A stretch of DNA of 64,000 nt from Raillietiella orientalis (lineage: Eukaryota): the NCBI GenBank assembly GCA_036172245.1, contig JAYWIR010000009.1, positions 3,286,001 to 3,350,000 on the forward strand, in the 5' to 3' direction. The position numbers and the translations under genes were made by a program. Position 1 is the stretch's first letter; every line of letters begins with the position of its first letter. The notes beneath the pieces are model-generated. The model made no database searches, had not been told where the DNA came from, and saw nothing but the letters and a program-made list of their open reading frames with translations. Of the stretch, positions 37,950 to 51,860 are shown in pieces.

Positions 37950-39100
37950 TGTGACTCGTGTTCGAGGCGTGCATCGCAGCGAGAGGACCCCAGCAGCTGT
38001 ACGTGACTTCAACGTTAGAGGCGAAGAACTGCGATGCCCTCGAATGGATGTAAAGAAACCAACTCGCCATACAGTGCGTCACTGCTGCTGCACGCCCAAG
38101 AAGTGGATTCTGCGCGAAACAGATGCCCCCGTTTTGCCTGCTTCGAGAAATCGCCCTAAACGACTATAAGAGGGATCCGTCCTTTCGACGCGTCGGAGGA
38201 TGGCCGAAGCGCAGTAAGCACCACCAAGTGGTGGCGCGGATCCGTCGAAGAGTGCTCAACGTCGTACGGAAGAATCCAACGCCTCGCCGAAAAGGACTCG
38301 GATGGACTCGCACGGCATTTCGCAAAGAAATGCACGTCTGTCGCGCACGCTGCATGAAAGCAGCTAAGAAATGCAGCGCCAGGCGCGGGTAACGAATTCG
38401 GAGGAACCTTGTTCGACAAAACACGAAATGGCTTGGCGTTTATGAAGATGCAAAAACCATTAAAGAAAACCCTGGAGTTTTCGCAGAGGGTTCGGTGAAG
38501 CAGTTGCCCTTAATAGAAAGTCAACATTCAGGTCTCGAATAACCTGGGGTGTCAACAAAAGAGGCATTACAACCAGCTAACGAAGTTAACTGTACAATAT
38601 ATCATACAATATCGAACTTTGCAGACGAACCCGAATCGGATTTATGCTGAAATGTGAACTCCGGAGGTAATATCGCAGCTCGCTGATGCCCGGCCTGCAT
38701 TAAAATGCAACGACGTCGGGGTCTCCGGAGACCATAAGCTCTGAGAAGCTGGTTTCGTGAAAGTTACGTGTTCCTCCGAATGGCCAAGAGAATGGCTTTT
38801 GAGGATCACGGCGACGCTCTCCTCCTGAAGGATGTTCGAGAGCTGCCGCTGTCGCATCGCGAAGATCCTTTCGCACTCTTCTGCCTCAAGCTTCCGAGGA
38901 CCACTGAACGGGAAAGACGAGAGCGAGGTGATGGCATATGCCAGCCGCTCTCCCTCACCTTGACCGGTGCCTACATGGGTGGGAAATTCAAGAGAAAGGG
39001 GAAAACTTTTGCGAACGAAATCTCCCTCCCTTTCAAGACCGCTTCGAGTTGCTTGCCGGAACAGTCGTGGATAAACCTCAAAGCAGAATTGGATGTGCCT
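37950..39100 (+). mobile_element. Degenerate Ty3/gypsy RT-RNase H
   Basis: EVMAYASRS (RNase H viAYASR, ~38925-38950) preceded by ELPLSH...DPFAL and upstream RT-like remnants. Confidence 0.55.
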
Positions 39101-39949
39101 TTTTAATTTTCATTTGTCTCAAAGAAAAAGGAAGGAAGGAAAAAAAAAAAAAAAGGAAGTTTAAATAAGAGCAGCACAGCAATTTAAATGCTCTTGTTAA
39201 TAGGTGGACAGCTGTTCATCCGTCAACATATGAAATATCCCAAAGGAGAAATCGTACTGAGTGACACAAACGCCGGGAAAAAAGCAATAAAAATGTTTGC
39301 TCTTGGCGCTTTTTCATAAATTAAGATGATACTATTCAATCCTCAAACAGAATGGATTCGCCCTATTGACAACTGCATGGCAACGATGATGGATGCAGAG
39401 GTTAATGTATTCTCGAAAAACATATAAAAGAACTGATTAATATCTACATATGAACACCATGGACGAAATAAAAAAATCGGAACCCAATATTTCAAAACGA
39501 TGGAAAGAAAAAAAAAATCCAGACTGCAAGCTGCGAGTTCCATGCCCTTCGTGGTACAATTTAAAGGTCTATACAGAAATAATCCCAGTCTTGCTGAGGA
39601 TTCAGTTAATGCTAATGCCCGTGATCTGGAAATTGAAAAAGAAAAAAAGCAGAGGAAATCTCAGTTCTCCACAAGCAAACACCGCGGCCTCAACGGGGCG
39701 CAGCGCAGACTCTCAGAAAGATCGGCGCAAGACAGATGGATTCTTCTCTCAGAGACGGAAAAAATATACAGATTTCCCTCCGGATGATTGGACGATGAGG
39801 CACCCCGGAGCAAGCACGTACGAAACTGATGGCGTACATAAAAGGAAATTCATTTCCCATTCGACACGGGGATTACTGCATTCGAAGTGGTAATTCATTA
39901 GCAGCGTCGGAATTTCCACTTACTGCGATGCGCGCGAAATCCTCGGACG

Positions 39950-40400
39950 TTTGTCCGTCCATCTTTCGTAGCACCGAGCGGGGGGATTCGGGATCGTCGG
40001 GGCATCCGCGCGTGGGGAGTTACCATCTCCCAGCTCCGGAAGAGGAGGGATTCTGGCAGAGAAGCGGCGAGGACCCCGCCCGAGCGGAGGAGCTGCGCCG
40101 CGCAGAGGAACCCTCGGCTCCGCCGGAAGGCGCCGCGAAAACGCTCGGCGCGAGGATCGAGAGGGAAGAAAGGCTCCACACGAGCTTCATCCCGCGCGTA
40201 CCAAAGCCGAGTCGGTTCCGGGAGAGCATTTCAAGAAGAAGAAGAGCCTACTCGAACTGATGGTCCTTAGAGGATAGCGCACTGGCCTACGTGTTGAGCG
40301 TGCAGCAGAGGAGTAGGTCCGCCTTGGGCACGCGCTCTTGCTCTCGCTGTGCTAAGAGACGAAGAGGCTGCGACGTTGAGCTGCTTCGGAGGAAGGGCGG
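39950..40400 (+). mobile_element. Possible LINE post-RT remnant
   Basis: VGSYHL...FW...TLGAR...FIPRV resembles yLGv...W..ls..gr; weak. Confidence 0.25.
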
Positions 40401-40419
40401 GCGACTTTTTGTCTTCGCT

Positions 40420-41350
40420 ATCTGAGCATGTTAATGCGATCACGTGAGATCTCTTCGATTGATAAATTCAAGACGCACACGGCGATGCACTGGTGAAGAC
40501 AAAGTTGCAACGGATGCGTAGCAACAGCAACTCGGAAACATCCCAACAAGTGAACCGTCAGCGGAGGGTCAAGTGAATGCTGTTGGGAAGGTGGGGCAAA
40601 GGTCACAGTCAGCAAATGACGATGACAAAAAGGGATGCGGCTTCGGGTTCGCAGAGGCTTCTCTTGGAAAGAATCCCAGTTGTATCCCAGCGACCATTCA
40701 TTGACTCACTGTTTCGTTAACAACAGAAACATAAGTTTCGAAACAAAATCCGATTATCTTCTGTAAGCGTCTCACAGCAACGGACGTTCATGGGAAGCGT
40801 CTGCAGAAAACAAGATGCTGAATTTTAGACCCCGGTTTGAGGATGGGAAGCTTTTGTCGCCCTTTGTCTAACTGATGTCTGGAACCCAACACATTTCTAA
40901 ACTCACTGCCTCGTTTCCATAAATTCCTGTCTTTCCAAAAGAACCTTTGATAGACCCAGCGTCATCACCGAGTTTTTTGGAACGATGGTGGTAGAGAATT
41001 GTCATCATAAGGACATGCTTTTCGGACTGCCTTCGAATCCAGACTCACACCTGAATAGATGATCGCACCAGGTACAAGATAAAGACATCTGAACATGTAA
41101 GTACCTTCCTACTTTCCTCCACCCTCAGGAGCTGCTACACCAGACTCTGTGCTTCACTGGTGGCCACAGTGTACCTCCCATCACGGTGATGGCATTCGAG
41201 GTGGTAGAAGAGCACGCAATCCACGAATCCTCGGAGGGGTGACACGGAAGAGTAGCTTTACTGCATGCTTCCATGATGGACTGACTTTACGTGTTCAAAA
41301 GTTTGGGAGGGCACACTATTCAGCTTATGGAGGGGTGACCCAATAAACTC
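40420..41350 (-). mobile_element. Degenerate RNase H-bearing LINE 3' part (I/R1/LOA-like)
   Basis: VHHGS (TDGS), TVATSEAQSL (tv..aE), IYS, MCWVPDI (WvPgH), then GCF...THPLQLC (terminal CCHC), in order. Confidence 0.5.
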
Positions 41351-42890
41351 ACACCACACAAAGTAGAGTCAATCCCACGAGAACCGCTGGAAACCAAAGG
41401 GTTGAAAAGATCTACAGCGTGAGGTGGTTCGATTCCAGCTTCCGGATTGCACTCACCAATGCTGAAACCTCGGGATTACAGGTTTTCGAGTGTTTAAAAA
41501 AAAAAAAAAAAGTTAATGTCCTGTACAGTGTGACAGCTCGAATGCCCCCTTGTCCTCCCCCTCCTCCAGCAGCTAAAAAGTGAGACTTCACTAAGCACCA
41601 GGAAACGCTCAACGTGTGCTCTTTTACATATGAGATATACATTCTTACAGGCGAAATAAGTACAGCTAAATCAAGACTGCTTGCTTATTTTTTATTTTTA
41701 TTTTTTAAAAAAAAAAGGTTAACGTGAGGAATCAATGGCAGTTTTGATATCAGCGCCACGGAAAACAAGACGTCAATGATTCACGCAGGAGCTGGGAAAA
41801 CACACACACACACACACGAAGAAACGAAACGGAATACATTATGCAAAACAGGAAAGACATGTCGACGGAGAAGCACACGCAGATATCTTCTCGCAAAGCA
41901 TCGCAGGCGTATAGAGGTCTTGCAAGCATCTGAAACTCGCTCCAGATCAACGCAATGAATGAACGCCTCGCAAGCCGTGTGAAGAGTAACTGAAGGCGGG
42001 GGCACCTTCTAAGCCTTCGAAGATGAGAACTACGGAATTACGTGTTTCTTTATATCGCTAAAAAAAAAAACAAAGAAAGAAAGTACCGACAAGCGCATAA
42101 ATCAAATTTCCACAGGAGGCATGACCTGCTCGCTAATTTGCGTGCGACACTTTCAGGACGTGTCGTAGGTCCAAAGTTTGAAGAGATCGCTGCAAGGAAA
42201 ATCCCTCAGCCTCTGCGGTTTGGTTGCAAAAGTGACCTGCCCTCCATCCATTGCAGTGGTGCAGGAGGCATCTGCGGCGGACAAAGGCATGGAAACCTAT
42301 CTGCATGCCGGAACTCCAGAGGGAGGCGGAAAACAGGACTTCCACGTCCTCATAGGAAAGCACCCCCTCTCTCTCTCTCTCTCATCGATCAGCTCCTGTT
42401 AAGCAAATTCACTCCGCTTAACAGTCGTGCTCCAAATTTCTTCCTTCCTTATTGTTTTTAGGCAATACGCAGCTGCTCAAATATACAAACGTATAGCATA
42501 CGAAACTTCGGATACACAGTCACAATACTAGAATATCAATGGGCTACCTTGGCTCGATGATTAGTCGAGGGGGGAATAGGGAAATATTGGTCTGTCCCGG
42601 AACAAAGGCACGGAACACAACAGAGCGTGTTCAAAAGACGGCACACAAGAGCAGGAACAAAAAAAAAAAAAATTATATCACCACAGAAATCTTTGGATAG
42701 CGACACTTGGAATCAAGGTACGTTTCGGATTGACAGAGCGTTTTCAAACTGTCAGACAAAAACAGTGCCAAATGATCTCAATGGCGCGGCTCACGGGAGT
42801 CCATAGCGCGATTGCTGAATACCACATAAGCGCGGTTTGCGAAAACGGGAATCGGCTATTCACCAGCAGCGGAGTTCCATGCAGGAAGCG

Positions 42891-44096
42891 CCAACAATGT
42901 AGCGACTGATCTATAAATAAACGTGGACGCATCCGGAGAAGTAGGCTACAATGCTGCCAGGCTCCCGCGATAAGAAACAAACTCGAAATTCGATTCAAGA
43001 TGACCCAAACATCAAATTCAAGATGATTCAAAATTTAAATTCAACATGGTTCGACATCAAATTCAAGATGATTTAAACATCAAATTCAGGATTATTTAGT
43101 GCCCAAGAGCTCCGTCACAAAGGCGCTCGTTAATGGTTCATCATATGGTGCGAAACTCTCAGCAAAGCCGTTTTCGACATCATGTTCCGTGGCAGCTCAA
43201 ACCACTGCAAATGGGCACTTTTGCAGGAGAACGAAGCCACTCGAACAATCGGACGACGATTACCGGAACGAGAGGCGAAAACAAAACGACCGAGGTGAGG
43301 CGGTTAAGGTCCATTATTATCTCTTCTTCCAAGTTTCAGCGTGTTCCTCCACCGGACCGGTGCTTTCTTTCTTTTCTGTTTTTTGCTTCCCTCCCCCGCC
43401 ATCCCTCCGGAAATCTTCCCATCTTCCCGTGCACCTCGCCGCGGTTCCGCTCCCGGCACCGGCCGCTCGCGGGGAGTCCAGGCGCCGGTGCTCTGTCGGT
43501 TACCACGATTGGCATCCCCGGTCACCTGGCGTGTCCCGTCCACACCACCCACCGCTCTGCAGCTCCTCCTTGCGGAAGAATCGACGAAGGAACTCGCAAA
43601 CTGCTCCTTCTGGGCGAGCGGAACGTTCGATGAGGACGCCGCTCCGGAGAGCTTGGACAGCGCCCGGCTCACCAGAAGGTTCTCCTCCGGCAGCGATGCG
43701 TGAGGACGACGAAGCAGCGCCGTGTCCTCCTCACGCCTCGCATCCTGAAAGCAGGACGCGTCCGTCGTCCTGAAGGGAGCGCGGCGAAGGCAGCGGTTTG
43801 TCACGCCGGGCGGCGGCCATCAACCGGTCATCAATTACCGCGAAAGCATCCGTCCGCAGCATCCGTGGTGCTGGACCACAGATGCTCCCGACTTTGCGCT
43901 GCCTTTTACTCCTGACTTTGTGGTGGTTGTTCTGCGGGAGGCGCTCGAAAGCACGCGCGGGGCGCGCGTGCCGAACATCCAAGTTGCCCGGTGCCGCCGC
44001 TGTGCAGCAGGCGGCGTGCGGATGGGGGGGATGGGGGAGGCAGGGAGGTCTCCCCCAACCCACGCGGAAAGATGGAAGCGAAGCGCAGTGAACATG
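42891..44096 (+). repeat. Direct repeat copy B (partner 29376-30547)
   Basis: See copy A. Includes the ATTCAAG minisatellite at 42980-43095. Confidence 0.97.
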
Positions 44097-44099
44097 AGC

Positions 44100-44560
44100 A
44101 CCGCCCATATGGGGGGAGGATGAAGAAAGCTCAGCAGATGGAATTCCTTTCTTTTCTGTCTTCGTAGCTCTTCGACACGTTTTCACGCCACCCGAGGGTG
44201 AGTAATTCTTCCAGATAGGGGGTACTCCGAGAGGGATCCGTCCTATGAATCCAGGAAGGGCTTGGATTCCGTTCCTCTCGCCTGGAGAGGGATCCCCGGA
44301 AATGGAGATCACCTCCACCCTGGTTGTCTCCGAAGGGAAATCCGGAAGGAAATCCTCCTTCCTTATTCTCTCCGAAGAGACCATCGTAGGGGTCCGCTCC
44401 ATTCTTTCTTCTCTGAAGGGAACCCGGAAAGGATTCGCTCCTGGTTTTCCTCCTCTGCAGAGAACCCAGAAGGGAAGCTTCCGAAATTCAGAAGGACGCA
44501 GCTTCCCCGAAGGGATCGGCCCGCTTCTCTGCACTCTCTGGAGAGGTGGTGGCGACACAC
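44100..44560 (-). mobile_element. Tx1-type ORF1 remnant
   Basis: ERNGIQ...RIPLGVP...SGGVKTCRR...KGIP resembles NG.R...iP...y.Gq.ktCr.C...GH. Confidence 0.45.
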
Positions 44561-45811
44561 CTACCCCATCAGTGCGACGCGGAAGGTCTCATCGGAATGG
44601 GGGATGCGCTCGTTCACAACCGGAAGGGGGACTCCCCACTCCATGATTCCTGGGAGGACCCGGAGGTCGACTCCCGTTTGTCCCGGTCCTCATCGGGGCC
44701 ATCAGGTTTGCACCACTACCAATGCCGCACCCGGATGAATGTAGGCCAACCAACGTCATCTTGTGGGGTGAACTCGGAACCCATTACGCACTGCGTCGAT
44801 TCCTTTCGGAGTATTCGAACCCACGACGCGTGGTGCCACGCGCGGAGACCACCGTAACCACACGACCTCCGACGCGGGCTGCGCGTTCTGCGCGACTGCG
44901 TTTATTGGACGAAATGACCAAAGGGAACGCAAAACATTGAAAAAGTTGAAGCATTTGGAAAACGGGGAAGGTGCGGTGTGTGCACATTTGTAGAACACTT
45001 GCGTGCTTGTACACGAACGGAAAAAGCAAAAGTGCCTCCGTGAGCTACAATTGCGATTTTTGAACACTGCAAAGTGTGCCTCCGTATAACGCGATGGAAG
45101 CGCGTCGTACGAGCCTTATTATGGATAGTATAATGGTATTTATAGAAGGTAAAAAAAAAAAAAAAATGCATTCCAAACAACAAAACAGTTGATATTTATT
45201 ATTCACTTGAAGACGAGAAGGAAAAAGGAAAAGTGCTTGTTCATCATTTAACTCGGTTCACCCAAAAATTTGGGAGAGTCCTCGTATAACGCGGTAAATC
45301 AGTGCCGCACGATGCTGGGGTGGACAATTTCAGTTTGGTGGTCAGTTCAGTGGCTCAGTTGAAAAGCATACGAACACGTCGTTTAAGTAGGTTTTATCCC
45401 AATGGTGTTCCGCTTGAGGTCAATTAAGTGTTCCGCGAAAAATCATGAAAATTGAAAATGCTATCCATTTTTTTTCACTATCTGCATGTGTTCTGTTTCG
45501 CAGAATTAAATCCCGAAATGAATGTTTGTTGTGTTTTCTTAACTCTTACATTTACTTGCCTCATTTCATTTATTATCGATGTCTGCCTACTCTATAAAAC
45601 AGCCGTTGAAAATTTCAGGATTTGTGAAGTGTTCCGTCGTAGGAAAAGTTTGGGAGAGGCTGCTCTGAGGACAGAAGGCAGAAAGTTTTTTTTTTTCTTT
45701 TTTTTCCACCGCTGCCGAAGAGGGCGAAGTGCGCACGCGCTTGCGCAGTTCGTCCGACCATAAATTACGCGCCTCCATTTTTCAACTTCAGAAGCTGACA
45801 CCGCTTCTCGT

Positions 45812-46013
45812 ACGGCAGGCGTCCCGTACACGTCCCGCACGGCAGGCGTATCGTACACGTCCCGCACGGCAGGCGTCCCGTACACGTCCCGCACGGCAGG
45901 CGTCCCGTACACGTCCCGCACGGCAGGCGTCCCGTACACGTCCCGCACGGCAGGCGTCCCGTACACGTCCCGCACGGCAGGCGTCCCGTACACGTCCCGC
46001 ACGGCAGGCGTCC
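45812..46013. repeat. 27-bp tandem minisatellite, ~7.5 copies (ACGGCAGGCGTCCCGTACACGTCCCGC)
   Basis: Unit starts every 27 nt from 45812 to 46001. All are identical except copy 2 (GCGTATCG). Confidence 0.98.
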
Positions 46014-46599
46014 TCGCAACCGACAAACACTGGCGCTCTTGGCAGGCGAACTTCAAAAGGACGCGTCTACAGATGCAAGCCGGCGCCGCCGCGACCGAAA
46101 GTGTTTCGGAACTTCTGAGCTCTTCCCTTCTTCATTTGCTCCGTTCATCGGCGTCTGCTCTCCCCCGAACCCGTGGAGCGAACCTTTCCCTCAAGAAGAC
46201 CGTTGCCGCCTTCGCCGCTCTGAGTCTTGAGCCAGCTCTCAGCTGCTGCGAGCAGAGAGATAAAGTGCGGCAGCCGATGACGTGGTGAAGGCGTGGATCG
46301 AGTCGAATGAATTTAACGAGTACCTCCTCACATTCGCGTAAGGGAAAGCGCGCGTTGGTACTTGCGGTTTGCTTTCGGGCCTTCCGGTGCAGATGGGGCC
46401 CGCGCGGAGAAGGTCGATTTTCACCCGGTGGTGCCGGGACGCTTATTTTTCTTTTTTTTTTTTTTTAAAAAGAAAAAACTATAAGGAAGAGAGGAAGAAG
46501 AGTCCCCTCACAAACGAGAAATTCCCCCTCCAAAAAAGTTCATTGGGGATGACCACTGGCACGTAAGCCCGGCTTCCCAGAAGTTGGGAACGGAGGGAG

Positions 46600-47250
46600 G
46601 CGACAATAAATAAATAAAAAAAAAGACGGGAGGGTGGGGAGGTGGGGTCTTCGGTTGAAGACGTTCCTTTTTTTCCCTAGAAGCTGCTCTGGACGGTGGC
46701 GACCTCCCTGGAGACTTCTTCTGGAAGATGGGACCACCTGGTTGCTGTCCTCACGAGGGGCTGGCGACCTCTCTTCGCCGCGAACCTGACCCCAGCACAT
46801 GACGGGCTGTCACCATGGCGCGGACACAACAGATGGTTGCAGAGCCTTTCTTCAGCCCGCTTTCTGCCAAGAAGAGTCGCAGCAAGCCCGAAGAGTTGGA
46901 GCGCCGAAGCGAGTCCTTACCACGTGTCCTCCAGGGAGCGGAGAAGGTCGGCAGGCGGAAAAGGAGGTCAACCGGTTTCCATTTCGAATCCTGTCCACCG
47001 CTGTCCGGAGCCACTCCTGGAAAATCCGTCGTCAATCGGGACACCTCACTCCCCACCCCCCAAGAGCAGTGCTGCGACCGCCGAGGCTCTCCGGGTGCGA
47101 TGACTTCGATGCTCTTGGGCTAGTCGGGTCCTTTGCTGCTGCTCCGCACGTGGTCCGACGAAAGAGCAGTTGGGGGATGGAAGGTGGCTGGACGCAGATG
47201 AGGAGAAAAAAGAGGAACAAACCACCCATCTCCTCACAACTCCTCAGTAG
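46600..47250 (-). mobile_element. L1/Tx1-type LINE 3' end remnant
   Basis: RIFQEW...RIRNGNRL, RGKDSL and CCVRAMVTARHVL (cf. LCCVRGIV at ~19480), then a T-rich 3'UTR. Confidence 0.45.
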
Positions 47251-50200
47251 CCGCAGGAGACCTGCGAAAATTTCGTAGAAAAAGGTTGCGGCACTTGCTT
47301 CCTGCGCCGTCGTCCTCTCGCGGACGGAACGGGTGCCTACTGCCTCTGCTGGGGAGAAAACGACTCCAGTTGCCGACCTTGCCGAAGATCTCGGCACGAG
47401 GTGTTCGGCAAGTGCCACTGGGGAGGTTCGCCGCGCTCGGTCCGGGAGCTCGGGGAGGTTTCCCGGATGCTGCGCGGCATGCGTCGCTCGGGGGACGCTC
47501 CCTCGCCAGGCGGAGGCGAGGAGCCGCATCTTGCAGAGCCCTCAGAGGTGAGGCCATCACGGGGAAGCCTGCTGGATAAATGGAGTCCGAAAGAAAATCT
47601 TCACGGAGCGCGCGGGAAGCGCCGCGGCCGCCGCATTGCGCAACGCGAGGAACCGAGCGGCGCTGAGGTCCCTGCGATGGACCGGAAGTACGGCGGTGGC
47701 ACCTCGCTCGCCGGGGGTTCGGGCGAGGTGACCGTCACGACGGCGCCGGGAAGGGGGCTGGCGGAAGGAAAGAAAAAACAGAAAATCCAGCCGAGAAGAG
47801 CTGCGAGGCATCGGTCCGCCCCCTGGATGGCGGGAAAGCGAAACCCGCGCCGCAGGCGGCGGCATCGGTCCACGGGACTTGCTCGGCGAGAACTCTGGGT
47901 CGGATTTCGGGGGCGAGGCTTCGCGGGCAAATTAAACGACCGAGCCCGCCGCGTCCCGCGTGGATAGCTTGACCACTTGAGTGTACGATGCCTAGCGGGG
48001 CCGACACCGGCTGGCCATTATAAACAGTAGCAGGGGTTTATTTTTAGCTCAGTTGTTGGGAGGCTCTTTCTGGAATCTCAGATGCGAAGTGATGCCAGAT
48101 CTTCTCGGCAGCTGAAGAATGGGGAAAAAAAGTAAGAAAAAACAAAAAAACAAAACCTGTACACAAGAAAGCAGTACAGAAGAGAGGGGCAGTGTGGGAA
48201 AGAAAAAAAAAAAAAAAATCCTTTCCGAAGAAGAAGCGCACTCCGAAATGCGCTCGCTTCACTTCCACGTGGGCTCCATTATTTCGAAAATTGCCTCCCG
48301 AGTGCTCCGGGAAATTGGAGGAATTGTCTAGAAGTAGTGCCGCACGGTTGCCACTTATCTCGCGCCAACGCCCTCGCACAATACCGACACACCGTGCTCT
48401 CTGTATGAGCCACCGACAGCGCGGGATGTTTTAAAGGCAGTCCGCTTCCCAGCGTCACTAAGACCGAGCAATGGGGAGCAAAGACATCACTGCTTTGAGG
48501 CGAGGGATATGCCCTCCCCCCCTCCCCTCCCCCGTGCATGTCGGCAGCAGTCTCCTCGGACGTGTTGGGCGCAGAGAGAGTGGCTGAAAGAGCACGAATG
48601 GGCGCTTTCCTGAGGTCCCTCTGCTCGTGTTAGCCGACGTCGCACGAGGGACGTCGGACATTTGCTGTTGACCAATCTGCCGCAGAGCCGCCCCGTTCCG
48701 TGACGGCACACGAACGTGCACAGAGGGAGAGTAGTGGTGTTCCACTTGGACCACTTCCAACCTTCTGGTGTAGGTAAGCAGTGTGGTAGAAATTCGAATG
48801 GGTTCGCGCGCTGTTGAAAAGTCGCCGTCCTGTGCATTCGATGATTCCCGGATGATGATGACGATGACGACGGTGATAACCCACCTTAGCGGGGGGGAGA
48901 GAGGTTTACTTTTTTTGGGGGGGGAGGGGGGTTGCTTGTTTGAATTCCAAACTTGCAAATTTTTCATAACCAAGAGTGGACTGGCAAAACCGGAATTTGC
49001 GCATCCAAAAACGAGTGATGTGTGTGTGTGTGTTTTTTATCAGACCGCTTTTTTGACTTCAATAAATTTACATGGGAAATTATTGCCTTTCAGAATGACG
49101 CCTTCCGTCGAGCTAATAACGTACACTTTAATTTTCCGAAGAAACACGAAACGTTTTTCGCATCTTGCCGTGTGCCGGAGGGACTCTTGCGGAACATCAT
49201 CTTGCTTTCCGGTAATGGCCGGTGGTCGTACAGCGACTTTTTGAATTTTTCCGACCCGGAACACTTTTTCCCCGCCTACAAGCGGACACTGCAGCCAGGA
49301 ACGAATCTCCTCACCCCCGAGGATTCTGAAATTCTCCCTTTCGTTACTTTTTTTTTGTTTTTGTTTACTCGTGAAGGTGTTTTTTTTTTTGCTTTTTGCC
49401 CAGCCACTGTGAGAATCGCCACTATTGTACACCAAAGGTGGTTAAAGTTTTCACTCTTTCTCGAAGTAGCGTTACGCGAATTCAAAGATGAAAATTCAGT
49501 GCGCGCATCAGCAGGCGCACCGATTTCCCTTTGCATCTGCGTACCCATGGTAACACGACTACAGTGTTGCTCTTTTCCTGTACACTTCCCGTCCGGTGTA
49601 CGCTTGTAGCGATCGCCGCTCCGTGGCAATCGCCTGGAAACATCGTCCCGAACACCGACCTTTCTCGAGGGGCCCAACAGATCGACACGACACAGAACGA
49701 CGACTTGCAGCGTGGGGGCGCGGGGGCCCCTATTTTTTTCACGTGGGTGTCCATGAACCGCTACGAAATTTGCCCACATCTTCACGTTCCTTGCAACGAA
49801 CGAGCGGCGGCTAAAAGAAAATACAAATCATTGATTTGTACACTCTCGTTTTTTTTTTTTCTTTTGAAAAGGGCACCTGACACTTTGCCGAAACACCAAG
49901 TGTACAGGAGGAACGATGACACGGCTGCAAATTTTAATGTTCCGTTTCCAAGCGACACACAGCACTTTTGACCCGATGAGGACGAGTGAGAAGAATAGCG
50001 GAATTCCCAAATTCCTGCTCTGCATTCGGGAATGCACGCGTGATCTCCATCGTGTTTATCGGTGCCCATCCTTAAACGCCCCTCCCTCCCCCCTAAAAAA
50101 AACATCCCTTTTTATTTTTTTTCCTTTTTTGTCGATCTTGTGAAACGTAGCTGACAGCCAATTTGTAACTCTTGGCAGCAACAGGATAATCGAATGGCTC

Positions 50201-51299
50201 CATCGACATCCATCAAGCGACACGATCGTTTGGAAAACGTTCTTTCAGGGCTGTGCCGTGCCTCTTTCTCCTTCTTCCCAATTAAAAAAAAGGAAAAAGG
50301 AAGAACAGGATCAGTTGGGTTGTTTCGGTGGATAGGTCTTTGTTACAGACCCCAGTGTGGGGCTCGCGGTCCCGGCACTTCGGCAGCGGACGATGCCACG
50401 GTCGCTGGGCCGAACGTCTCAATCGGCGGGAGCTGAATTCTCCCGGAAGCACGGAGTGAGCTCTCCCTGGATTGCTTCGGGATCGGGACCCGTTCCCGAA
50501 GGGGACGCTCGTTCGCCCGGAGAAGGCCACTCCGAGAGTTCACTCGCGGTGGACGCGAACCCAACTCGGAAGTCGTCGGCACATAAAGCCATGGGGGGCG
50601 GTGTTGGTGGCTTAGCCGAGAACACCCGAGTTTTTTTTTTTTTTTTTTTGCAACTCCCTAAATAGCCTGGAGCGTTTTGTTTTTACTCCACTCTTGAGGA
50701 TGCCTCTGCTCCTTTTCCGGAAACTTGCGTGGAATCCAGCGGATGCGAGCGGTTATTCTTCACCCGCGATTGCTGTCCTTTCGCGTTGTTTTTTATTATG
50801 GGATTTTTCGACCGCATCTCTTCGCATGTCTGAATTTTCCTTTTGGTTCCTCTTTGATGGCTCGTCTTCCCCAAGGATACGCTTCACACCGAACCGCTTG
50901 GCTGACTTCTGCTGTGTTTCATTGTAATTCTTTTGTAATTTTGCAGGCTTGAATTCCGATTCTTCTCCCTCCCTCCCCCCCCCCGCCTCGAGAAAAAAAA
51001 AAAAAAAAAAGGAAGGAAAGAAAGAAAGGGGGGAAGGAGCAATAAATCCAACCTCCCGTGATACGACAGGTATTCCGAGGGCTTTTGCAGCATCCACCTG
51101 ACATACAAATGAGTGTGGAAACAAGTTGGAACATTCGCTGCAGTTCTTTCGGGCTCCTGGCTTGCCACTGTATATACATACGAGAATCTCGACTGCCCCT
51201 TCACGCAACTTAACTAACGTCGTGCATAATGGAGTTTTTTTCCATTACTATTCAATCGCCTGACAGGAGAGAGTTTCTCTCTTCATGCAACACTTGAAG

Positions 51300-51860
51300 C
51301 AAAACTATTAAGGTCGGTGAGAACCAAGGTTCCGAGCATGCACTCCATAAATCAAAATGGTGGAAGGCTCGCAAACACAGCGGGCTAAATCAGTTATGTA
51401 CGCATCGCAGTTGTCACTCAAGTGGCAGAGGAAGGAAAAACCGTTCGACCGGGGTGTGCTCGGTGAGGAAGTCGCTGTCGAAGTCTTGTGGGCGCCTCGG
51501 TGGTCAGCTTCCGAACCTCTGCTGCGGCGGCTCTCTCGGAAGCTTTCGGTGCGAAAAGCGCTCTTCCTTGGGCAGGAAGGCCATTTCGAAGTGACCCGGG
51601 AAACGTCCAACCTTCTTCGGAGATGGCGGACGTCGGTCGGTCGGTCCGCCCCGCGTGTGCATGGGGTTTCCAGCTTACTCACACGTTCATCACGTTCTGC
51701 TAGTTGTCCAAATGGAACAAACTGTACACGAAGTGAAACAGCGGTTCGGTGTTCCTGCGTGGAGGTTCATCGTAACCGATTGTATTCGTGCCGTTCGATC
51801 TGCGTCCAATCTCGCGCTTTCCGATCCTCTGAGAGTCTCGAAAACAATCCATTGAATGCA
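51300..51860 (-). mobile_element. Degenerate gypsy-type integrase core
   Basis: QSVTMNLHAGTP...WTTSR (v.mDl.gp...D.fSr) and TSSPSTPRSNG (yhPqsNG). Confidence 0.55.

Noticed and set aside
29565..44096. Direct repeats as LTRs of one 14.5 kb LTR element (TGTCAC...GTGAACA ends, gypsy remnants between them)
   Set aside because: No TSD, no TGG primer-binding site or PPT; copy B lacks the initial TG; homology extends upstream; the interior holds opposite-strand, heavily decayed pol pieces inconsistent with near-identical LTRs.
45812..46013. CRISPR array
   Set aside because: Head-to-tail repeats without spacers, no cas genes, eukaryotic context.
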